64,000 bases of DNA, taken from Octopus sinensis (taxonomy: Eukaryota). The position numbers were made by a program, and so were the translations under genes. The notes under the pieces were generated by a model. That model did not search any database and was not told the origin of the DNA. It was given only the letters and a program-made list of their open reading frames with translations. How positions within the stretch are numbered: the first letter of the stretch is position 1; each line of letters opens with the position of its first letter. Where the stretch lies: contig NC_042998.1 of NCBI RefSeq assembly GCF_006345805.1, positions 63,054,001 through 63,118,000 of the forward strand. Direction: 5' to 3'. Of this stretch, positions 53,784-64,000 are shown piece after piece.

Positions 53784-54675
53784 CATATGTATCTACATAT
53801 AAATGCACACACATACACACATATATTCATGTATTAGAAGTAGGTATTTATAACGCTTCCACACAGGCACAGGTATATTTCATAATCTTTCCATTTTCCG
53901 TTTGAATGCTCTAATTCCAGAAACGTAATGGCGATTCCCAACAAAACAATAAAATACAAAGGAAGACTTAAACGAATGCTAAAACTAAAAGAAAAAAAAT
54001 CTTCAAAAAACATTGAGAAGTTGGTAAAAGTAAAAGAATCGAAATGGTGAAATAAACTTATGAAATGACGGTGAAGATGTGGGCTTGTTGAAAATTTGTG
54101 ATTTTGTTGATTCAAGTGATTAGAATATTATCTGCGGTATTGATTCATCTTAATGTTTCACATTCTTCAATGGTAAATACAAAACTTTCACACTCTCTAA
54201 TGTATTCAGTGAAAATGAAAATGCTGCAGGCTATGTGCATTTTTAAGGCAATTTAAGTGCCTTCTTATGTATCCTAATGAACAGCAGAACACATAAGGCG
54301 GAAGGATTGGTTTTTAGCTACGCATAGCTAAATGAAATAGTGGGAAATGTTGAAGAAATCAAACGGAATGAATCAATGCTTTTACTGTAAAATCAGATAT
54401 ACGAAGAAATAAATGAATAAATAAGTAAATATGAAATGTTTGTAAATTCTTGATTCTGCCAACAGAATTAAAAGCTATACAATAAAAAGTTATAAAAGTT
54501 TATGCAGAATTTTATTTTCTGGCACTATTTCTGGTTACATACTTACAGTCACCTCTTTTACAGACGTGGTAGCATTAGTTGTGAAAATAAAAGTGCGCAA
54601 AAGAAAAATCGAAACTGGGATTTCGCTTATTGCTAACTAAAACAACAACAAAGACCTATAATTATAACAACAGCG

Positions 54676-54707
<32 letters not shown>

Positions 54708-54807
54708 AATAATAATAATAATAATGATAATAATAATAATAATAATAATGATTAGTAGTAGTAGTAGTAGAAAAAAAAGAAGAAGAAGAAGAAGAAGAAG
54801 AAAAAGA

Positions 54808-55365
54808 AATGCCCTGATGTAGTACCAGGCGGTGGCTCTCATGCCTCCTGATCTTCACTGATTGAAAGTGTTATCATGTATATTGTTTTGTCTTGGTATA
54901 ACAGAGCGGCTACAGCAAATATTCTGCTCAATACCACAGATTTGCTAGTCAGTTGTTTGACCATAACCAGTTGAGCATGTCCCGTAGTGGCTGAAGATAT
55001 GTGCATATCTGATCACAAGCATACGTAATGGAGGTGCATCATAGCCGTGTGTTAAACGGAATTCTTGGAGGTTTGGATAATTCAACTTTGGAAACATGGG
55101 TGGTTCGTTCAACATACTTAAATAATCCTTATTCGGGGCCCTTTTGAGCGGGATGGGTTACTCAAACAGAAGAAAATTCTAACTGTGCCCCATCTGCAAG
55201 TTCATGCGCTATTTATCTTGATATGAGATCAACATGTCACGCACATACGGTTGTGATGCATGTGCCTGGTGTACCCTTATCAGACGAGTAGTCATGATGG
55301 TTACAGTGGGCTTCGTATATTTTACCCCAGTGTCACTTTGATGGCATGCACTGCTCTCTCACTCA
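54808..55365 (+). mobile_element. Repeat X, copy 3
   Basis: Begins AATGCCCTGATGTAGTACCAGGC and ends in an (AAT)n tail at 55365-55550. Confidence 0.8.
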
Positions 55366-55490
55366 ATAATAGTAATGATAATAATAATTATGTCAATAAT
55401 AATAATATTCATAATAATGATAAAATAATAATAATGATAATAATATTAATAATAATAATAATAACAATAATAATAATAATAATAATAATA

Positions 55491-55532
<42 letters not shown>

Positions 55533-55554
55533 GGATAATACGAATAATAATCCT

Positions 55555-55990
55555 TTCTATTGAAGGCAGAAAGCCTTGAAATTTTGGGGGAGGAGTCTAG
55601 TCGATTACATAGACTCCAGTATTCCACTGGTACTTAAATTATCAACCGCGAAAGGATGAAAGGCAATGTCGACCTCGGCGGAATTTGAAGTCAGCTCGAC
55701 TTTACGTTCTGTGTACTGCGGTCGATCTAGTCGACCGACCCCGTTCCCTAAAATTTCGGGCCTTGTGCCTCGAGTAGAAAAGAATAATAACAATAATCCT
55801 TTCTACGAGACGGACAAGACCTAAAATTTTGGGCGAGGGGACTAGTCAATTACATCGACTCCAACACACAACTGGTACTTATTTCATCGATCCCGAGAGG
55901 ATGAAAGGCAAAATCAACCTCGTCTGAATTTGAACTCAGAGCGTAAAAACTGACGAAATGCTGCTAAGCATTTGTTCGGCATGTTAACAA
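55555..55990. mobile_element. Cluster of three abundant-family SINE pieces in mixed orientation
   Basis: Repeated AAAATTTTGGG..GAGG..CTAGTC.ATTACAT.GAC segments. Confidence 0.75.
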
Positions 55991-57741
55991 ATTTATCAGT
56001 TCGCCGCTTTATCATTATCGAAATATTAATTAATTAGCATTGATTATCCACACAAGTCCATAGGACATAATACAAAATAAGTAATAAGTGATTCTTTACA
56101 AAGACACAAGATCAGAAATTCGATGTGAAGGGAACACCCGATTACATCCGCCCCAGTATTTAATGACTATTTTATTTTATTGATCCCAGAATGAATGAAA
56201 CTAAACTTAAGCACGGAGGCATTCCAACTTAGGATGAACAGACCCGGAAAGAAAACGGCAATGCATTGTGTTCTACACTTTAACAATCCAACTAATTCGT
56301 GAATAATTTTACTTGTAATTAGCATGTATAATAATTACGGAGATGTACTTGCATAGCAAGTGACGATCTGAGAGCGTGAGCGGAAACAAAAAAAAATTGC
56401 GTCGTGGTTTATAAGACGTTTAAAAACACGTAAAAACCGTTAGATTCACTTCATTCAAATTTGATTTGTCAAAATATTTTCGTCGCTGCATCACGAAATT
56501 TTATTAGGGAACAGGTCGCGGTTTCAGAGCTAAAATATTTTAACTAATTATATTTAAATGTTGAAGTGAATCTAGCGGGTTTTGTGTTTTCAAATGGCTT
56601 ATACCTTTCATGTAGCAATTATCTATAATAATGTTTTTTTTTTATTTAAACACAAGAGCAAGAGTTTTGAGAAGAGGCATTCAATCAATTCCATGATCCT
56701 CAACATTCAGCTGCTAATTTATTTTATCGAAGGCTTAAGGATGAAAAGCAAAGTTCACATTGGCTGTATTAGAACTCGGAGTAAAAAGGAGCTGGAACAA
56801 AAAAGCCCACTGCATCTTTCTTTGCTCTACAGTTTCTGCAAACTACCATCCGCATTTCACCAGCAATAGTTGATTGGAATTTAGACTCTTAGCCAGTAGT
56901 TTGCGGGAATATGTTACTCGGTACTATCGGTTCCTGTAAGGGATTCGTGGCCTCCTTCACTGAAAATTCGACAATAATAATAATTACCTGAAGAAGAAGC
57001 AGGAGCAGAGAAGAAATAAGAATTTCTATTCATTGACCCCAGAAACTGTTCATTGTGTAAAAAGATGAAAAAAATTAGAGTAATATTACAAAATGTTAAA
57101 CAGGACAAAAAATAATTTTTATTAATTAAAAAGGGAAGGTGGAACAACATGTTTGGGCAAACTAAAAATTCACGAAAATTATATTTAATTATACGATATA
57201 ATCAGAGAATTATGAAAAATTGATTATTTAAATACCGTTTTAACATTTAAATGTTTCAATCATAAACTACGGTCATTCTGGAGCAACAACTTGAGGGATC
57301 TTTAGTTGAGAAAATCAACACCAGTACTTGGAACTTGTTTAACCCATTGCCTGCCATGAGCCCCATTTGGGGATCTGCTAAAATACAGTCTCACTGCTCG
57401 CTGTTCGTTGTATTTAAAGTGAATGTTTAGTAGTTAAAGTTTGCCAGGCTAATTCTAGAGGACATTTAATGTCATAAATTGCACGTTTTGAACTTCAAAA
57501 ATATGACTGCTTTGAAAACATTGTTTTTTCTTCTTGCATTTCCCATCTGTATCATTCATTGATATTTCATACACATTCGCATTTGATACTATAGTTTCAA
57601 GAAAACCAAAATTGTTTATTATTACTATTAAATAGAAAAGGATAAATATGTTCTTTTTCAGCGTTCCCTATTTGGGACTTTTCGAAAAATTTATCATAAT
57701 TTCCAAAATAATTCACATATGAAGAAAATTTAAATATTTTA

Positions 57742-57955
57742 TAGGGTGGCCCAAACGGAGGTCTTACAGTTATTCAGCTATCCCTTTCGCATTCATATAT
57801 TAACAGTTTAGATATTATTTGTAAAAAAAAAATGAAACCATTATTCTATGCTAATTCAGTTAATTGTAATATAAAAACTGAAATGTAATAAAATGTTTTA
57901 AAAGAAATATGAACTGCCAACGTGATAACTGTAAACCTAGTTTTGGGGCACCTTG
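57742..57955. mobile_element. Tc1/mariner-type MITE
   Basis: TA-flanked imperfect TIRs of about 30 bp: TAGGGTGGCCCAAACGGAGGTCTTACAGTTAT / ATAACTGTAAACCTAGTTTTGGGGCACCTTG. Confidence 0.7.
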
Positions 57956-58829
57956 TATATTATTTTAACTTCTAAAACACCGGGCAAAACCAAAAAATAT
58001 GAATTAAAAAATTTGGTAGTTAATGGGTTAAGTGTGGAACTTACTCTGTGTATCACTATTGCCAAATATAAAAAACAACAACAGAGAAATGCTTTTGTTT
58101 TGTAAAATTTGTACACTTTGCATGCGCGGTGTAGTAGTAATCGCCAGACGTAACGATAAAACCGTTCTCACTTTTGTTAACGTTCTCACTTCAATTGCCC
58201 AGAGTATATGCATTTTGCTACAATGTGTTGTTGGTATGCTTTGATTCTGTATTCCTAGGTTCAAATTGCGTGAAGTTAATTTGGCGAAACGCTTTAAGCT
58301 TTTATTGGCAGCATCGCATTGATTAGAGTTTCTGACCACAATCTGATATATTTTATAATTCGTACGCTATGCAGCATTTATCTTTTATCTGTTACTGGTT
58401 TCAGTGAGAGGCTGAGGCCATGCTAGAGCAATGCCTTTCAGTATGTTTGGGTCTCTTTCCTGTACTGATTTTGGTGAAGTAGCGAGTTTTTCTTCTTCTT
58501 ACCTCCTGGCATGATGTGGTTTCATCTGATATTTTAGATGAAATGTCGTCCAGACGCTCATTGAAGACCTCAAAGTCTACACCTCGCGAATCTCTGAGTT
58601 TTTTAGTAGAAAGTTGAATAGTTATGGACCCTTGAAAACCAAGATACCACAGTACTTTATAGTTATTCTAGATAGACAAGATGAGATCTTTGTTACTATG
58701 TAGCATCATCCATTTTAATAGTTGCTTTAACTTTCAATTCAAAATTTGGGAGTTAATCATTTTATGAACTTCCATATGTATAACACTGTATATCTTTCAC
58801 GCCTTCACTCTAGGGAATAGAGTGTCGGT

Positions 58830-59060
58830 GTAGAGGCGCATGGCTTAATGGTTAGAGGGTTGGACTAAAGATTGTGGTTTCGATTCCTGGACTGGGTGAT
58901 GCGTTGTATTCTTGAGCTCTTCATTTCACGTTGCTCCAGTTCACGCAGCTGCCAAAAATGAGTAATCCCGTTAAGGATCGGCATCCCGTCCAGGTGGGGA
59001 ATATATACGGAAATCGGCTATTGTGAGTCGGTATGACTCCAAGTGGTAACTTTACCTTTA
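58830..59060 (+). mobile_element. tRNA-derived SINE
   Basis: GAGGCGCATGGCTTAATGGTTAGAG...GGTTTCGATTCC. Confidence 0.75.
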
Positions 59061-60220
59061 ATAGAGCTTCAGTTCATTTACCCCATCCCCATCCCAATTA
59101 GTTCATCTGTTTCACCGAATCAATCCTGTTTGTGTAGCGGCGCTGGAATACCACAACGTCTGCCATCAGTTCAACGCTATGATGTGACCGCAGCTGAGAG
59201 CTGTAATCGATAGGACTGAGAACGAAAATTTCTCTATAGGAGTAGCATTATATCTTATAATAACTTAATTTTCCTTTTCTTAGTTAATATATTTTATATT
59301 GAAAGCTCCTCAAGTGTGTTATAATGTAAAATAGGAGCCAGTTTCTGTTAAGTTGAGTGCAAAACGATAATACGAAAGTAATTACATGTTAAAAAAAACA
59401 CAGATATCCATAATAAGTTTAGGATTTTCATAATTTGGAAATAAATGTTAATATACTTAATAAAAATAATATATAAAACTATATAATAATATATTTGTGT
59501 TTAGAGATTTATTCTTTGTCTCTCACTTGTTTTCGCACGCAATCGGCTAATTTACAAAAACAAAAACAAATAATGATTTTAAGCAACGTAAAGAATTTAA
59601 AGAGTATTTTAATCTTAAGTTCTAAAATTATTTGTTTCATTTTATACAGAGGAAATAAATCAACAATTTAAGAACAATATATTATTTTAAAGAAATAATT
59701 TATATGCTTGAAATGAGAGCTACACTAATATTTCAAAAAACAATTACGTGTTTAATAGATTAGAAAGGATATTTACATGTATAATATTGTTTGATAATCT
59801 GGTAGTGTATGTGCATTGTTTAAAACGATAGAATTCAGGTTTGTGACTTAATATACTCACTTAGATGCATCAATAACGAAACATTTATCAGTCCATTCAG
59901 TCTACAACCCGAATCAAACCACATTATGTCATAATATAATAAGGAAAGCAGTTGGATCTGTGCCGGATGAAAGGTCTTTTATAATAAATCCTACTGACCA
60001 GTACCGACCAAGGGCTAAACACAGTCGACTGGAACGTGTTCGTTGAAAAATATACACACCAAGGCATTTTTGCGTTACAAGTGACTAAGGTTATGTTCGA
60101 GGATAAACAGTAGATTAAAGAACTCGCTTAAAATATTATGTAACGCTCTCCAGATACGGCTTTCAATCCAGTTAATAGACAAAAAATAGTTTTCTCAAAT
60201 GAGTGGTGCGACTACTATCG

Positions 60221-60340
60221 TGTACATCATTTACATCATTTACATTTGACGGGCGTATGGCGCAGTGGTTAAGAGCGCGGGCTACTAACCTCAAGATTCC
60301 GAGTTCCATTTTAGGCAGTGAAATGAATAATAATAATAAT

Positions 60341-60372
<32 letters not shown>

Positions 60373-60586
60373 GAAGAAGAAGAACATCGAAAAATAACTA
60401 ACTAACTAACTAACTAAATACCTAAGGAATGAGAACCTAGGTTCGAAATTTCCCCCAAGACACCAGATGAAGGCTGGAGAGTATATCAGCCAAAACGTTG
60501 TGTTAACAACCAACAAGATGAGGACAAATATCCGTCAAATGTAAATAATGTACATAATTCCTCATCTCTTAAATAAAGAACTGTAC
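60221..60586 (+). mobile_element. tRNA-headed SINE with internal (AAT)n and an HHR-bearing 3' tail, copy 2
   Basis: A box TGGCGCAGTGG 60258-60268. HHR-like ACAC-CAGATGA-A-GGCTG...CAGCC-AAAA-CGT-T-GTGT 60460-60503. 60221-60252 is an inverted copy of 60532-60554. Confidence 0.8.
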
Positions 60587-60908
60587 TTTCCTGTACGTAC
60601 GTACATATATCTGTATGTATGTATGTGTGTATGTATGTATGTATGTATGTGTGTGTGTGAACACGTATATATATATGTATATATTTAATCAATATAGGGA
60701 GGCAAAAAAATTTTGTAGAATTCTTTTGCCCCCAGCGGCCTAGTGGGAAAAAATTAAATAGTCATAAACCATTTTTAAGTTCAATATCACAATCAAGGAA
60801 CGGCATAATAGGCCATTCACCCACTAGAAATAACAGCCAAAAAGCTTCAACCGCAAAATAACATTAATTCCGTAAACCAGGAGAAAATTAAAAAACATTT
60901 ACCCTGAA

Positions 60909-61015
60909 AATCCTTATACGATGCACCGTTTCTTCTACTGTTTAATGGTAAACTAACAAGATTAAATTAAATCAAGCCAATCTACCATAGGCCCTTAGAT
61001 TCATCAGTAAGGAAT
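60909..61015 (-). ncRNA. Type I hammerhead ribozyme, family B (long stem II)
   Basis: Core CTGATGA at 61001-61007 (-); GAAA-CGGTGCATCG-TA; predicted cut at 60917. Confidence 0.8.
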
Positions 61016-61399
61016 AGCCAAATCGGAACAGATATTTTTCACGAGGCATTCTCGTCCATGCCTCGCCAATATCTGACCTAAAATTTTCAAATCGTCGCAC
61101 TCGCGCCAAATTTATCGGCAGCAAATAAATATAAGCCGCCGATTCCATTACGGAACCAACCAGAAAATTCATAATTAATCAATATAGGGAGGCAAAAAAA
61201 TTTTGTAGAATTCTTTTGCCCCCAGCGGCCTAGTGGGAAAAAATTAAATAGTCATAAACCATTTTTAAGTTCAATATCACAATCAAGGAACGGCCATAAT
61301 AGGCCATTCACCCACTAGAAATAACAGCCAAAAAGCTTCAACCGCAAAATAACATTAATTCCGTAAACCAGGGAAAAATTAAAAAACATTTACCCTGAA

Positions 61400-61506
61400 A
61401 TTCCTTATACGATGCACCGTTTCTTCTACTGTTTAATGGTAAACTAACAAGATTAAATTAAATCAAGCCAATCTACCATAGGCCCTTAGATTCATCAGTA
61501 AGGAAT
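61400..61506 (-). ncRNA. Type I hammerhead ribozyme, family B
   Basis: Perfect 8-bp stem I ATTCCTTA/TAAGGAAT; GUA triplet; predicted cut at 61408. Confidence 0.85.
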
Positions 61507-61890
61507 AGCCAAATCGGAACAGATATTTTTCACGAGGCATTCTCGTCCATGCCTCGCCAATATCTGACCTAAAATTTTCAAATCGTCGCACTCGCGCCAA
61601 ATTTATCGGCAGCAAATAAATATAAGCCGCCGATTCCATTACGGAACCAACCAGAAAATTCATAATTAATCAATATAGGGAGGCAAAAAAATTTTGTAGA
61701 ATTCTTTTGCCCCCAGCGGCCTAGTGGGAAAAAATTAAATAGTCATAAACCATTTTTAAGTTCAATATCACAATCAAGGAACGGCCATAATAGGCCATTC
61801 ACCCACTAGAAATAACAGCCAAAAAGCTTCAACCGCAAAATAACATTAATTCCGTAAACCAGGAGAAAATTAAAAAACATTTACCCTGAA

Positions 61891-61997
61891 ATTCCTTATA
61901 CGATGCACCGTTTCTTCTACTGTTTAATGGTAAACTAACAAGATTAAATTAAATCAAGCCAATCTACCATAGGCCCTTAGATTCATCAGTAAGGAAT
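61891..61997 (-). ncRNA. Type I hammerhead ribozyme, family B
   Basis: Identical to 61400-61506; predicted cut at 61899. Confidence 0.85.
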
Positions 61998-62595
61998 AGC
62001 CAAATCGGAACAGATATTTTTCACGAGGCATTCTCGTCCATGCCTCGCCAATATCTGACCTAAAATTTTCAAATCGTCGCACTCGCGCCAAATTTATCGG
62101 CAGCAAATAAATATAAGCCGCCGATTCCATTACGGAACCAACCAGAAAATTCATAATTAATCAATAGGGAGGCAAAAAAATTTTGTAGAATTCTTTTGCC
62201 CCCAGCGGCCTAGTGGGAAAAATAAATAGTCATAAACCATTTTTAAGTTCAATATCACAATCAAGGAACGGCCATAATAGGCCATTCACCCACTAGAAAT
62301 AACAGCCAAAAAGCTTCAACCGCAAAATAACATTAATTCCGTAAACCAGGAGAAAATTAAAAAACATTTACCCTGAAATTCCTTATACGATGCACCGTTT
62401 CTTCTACTGTTTTTTTTGCCTCCCTATATTGATTAATTATGAATTTTCTGGTTGGTTCCGTAATGGAATCGGCGGCTTATATTTATTTGCTGCCGATAAA
62501 TTTGGCGCGAGTGCGACGATTTGAAAATTTTAGGTCAGATATTGGCGAGGCATGGACGAGAATGCCTCGTGAAAAATATCTGTTCCGATTTGGCT

Positions 62596-62702
62596 ATTCC
62601 TTACTGATGAATCTAAGGGCCTATGGTAGATTGGCTTGATTTAATTTAATCTTGTTAGTTTACCATTAAACAGTAGAAGAAACGGTGCATCGTATAAAGA
62701 AT
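62596..62702 (+). ncRNA. Type I hammerhead ribozyme, family B (inverted arm)
   Basis: ATTCCTTA-CTGATGA(62604-62610)...GAAA(62679-62682)-CGGTGCATCG-TA-TAAAGAAT. One stem I mismatch at 62698; predicted cut after 62694. Confidence 0.8.
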
Positions 62703-62899
62703 TTCAGGGTAAATGTTTTTTAATTTTCTCCTGGTTTACGGAATTAATGTTATTTTGCGGTTGAAGCTTTTTGGCTGTTATTTCTAGCGGTGAATGGCCT
62801 ATTATGGCCGTTCCTTGATTGTGATATATATATATATAGATATAATATATATATATATATATATGTGTGTGTATATTGTATGTATGTGTGTGAACACGT

Positions 62900-62942
<43 letters not shown>

Positions 62943-64000
62943 GTATGTATATCTAAGAGTGGACGCAACAGTTTAATGTTATATCACGAACATCGTTGTC
63001 GATACAATTAAGGTTATTATTTTTGCTATTGTCATCACTATATTGCTGTTGTTCTTGCATTTGCTGCTGGTGATGATGGTTATCTGCTTCCTCCTTCTCC
63101 TCCTCCTCCGCCTCCTCCTCCCCATCATCATCTCGTTAAAAGATTGTTGTAACTAAATTGTTTCCTAATTGTTTAGACATGTTTTGTATCGATACGCCTA
63201 ATATTTGAGGAATTTGGAAAGCTGTTGACTGATCGATTTTCTTTCATACATTAGTATCTTAGCAACCAAGACATTAAATGCGTTCCACTCTGGAGGGGGT
63301 GGTGTGTAGGTCGGTAACAATGTCCAGTACAGAGCCACATCTGTAAACAAACCGAAGACTCCGAAGAAAGGTTAAGAAGAAAATTTATGAAAAAAAAAAT
63401 AATTGAAAAAATAAAAACGAAACGCTTTTGCTTGTTTTAAATTAGTTTATTTAAAGTATTTTATATTTGTTTTGTGTTTTGTATTTTGCATTGTGTTGAT
63501 AGTGTATTGGTTAGCAAGCTATGTGATACAGGAAAAGGTTGGTGCTGCATAAAAGACATTATCACAGAACAGAAATAAAAAAACAACAAAACAAACGAAG
63601 CACCATATTGAAATTAGAGAAATTTTAATGTGTAGACGAGAAGAAGAAAGATGCGACTATTTACAGTTGGTGAGAGACATTGAAAATATTTTAAAACGCA
63701 TGCAACTAACTACCTAACTACGATGAAAACATTAAATATATTGGTAGTTCAGAGCTGATATTAACTAAATAAGAACAATAAATAAACGAAACAAAATATT
63801 GTTGTTTAACAAAAAAATAACTACAACAAATAGGCATGTGTATCTCTGTGGGTAGACTGTTTGATTTATAGTAATGTTATTCAATGTCTGGCCCCATAGC
63901 GCGGGAATTTGAGCAAGTGTCATCGGCAATAACCTTAGGTTAACAAATACGTGAGTAGAAGTTAAAACACAGACACAGACACACAAACACGTACACACAC

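Larger units (their letters stand above)
60686..62827. repeat. Tandem array B: 491-bp HHR-containing units (retrozyme-like), with an internal inversion at about 62410
   Basis: About 3.5 units at 60686-62410 (period 491: 60909, 61400, 61891), then about 0.85 unit inverted at 62411-62827. TA-rich microsatellite on both sides. Confidence 0.97.

Noticed and set aside
60251-60325. tRNA gene calls for A/B-box segments (also 41903, 43872, 49270, 58830)
   Set aside because: No complete cloverleaf, and each continues into repeat bodies: these are SINE heads.
60972-62639. Four identical 66-aa ORFs (MNFLVGSV...) in array B as a gene
   Set aside because: They simply recur with the repeat unit, overlap the ribozyme and have no recognisable domain. 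Identity reflects recent duplication, not coding constraint; translation is untested.

Overview
AT-rich eukaryotic, repeat-dominated DNA with no confidently identifiable host gene. The SINE families, microsatellite load and transposon set resemble an Octopus (coleoid cephalopod) genome; this is an inference. Ordinary content: (TA)n/(TCTA)n/(AAT)n microsatellites, many tRNA-derived SINEs, R4/Dong-type LINE fragments stacked in AAT/ACT tracts, a Tx1/L1-like fragment, three Tc1/mariner lineages and MITEs. Main result: the window is rich in type I hammerhead ribozymes (HHRs). Two unrelated tandem arrays (about 475-480 bp units at 398-3095; 491 bp units at 60686-62827) carry one intact HHR core per unit, fold back on themselves and sit in (TA)-rich microsatellite. 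This is the architecture of retrozymes (non-autonomous, circular-RNA-producing partners of Penelope-like elements, PLEs). About seven further HHR or HHR-like families occur singly or dispersed, almost all with a palindromic stem III. One lies downstream of a GIY-YIG PLE endonuclease remnant, and one forms the tail of a tRNA-headed SINE whose copies show PLE-style 5' inversions. A 329-bp TG..CA foldback element with a 5-bp TSD and gypsy-RT-derived arms is also present. Coordinates were counted by eye (HHR motifs to the base, TE boundaries approximate). No folding, alignment or database search was run.
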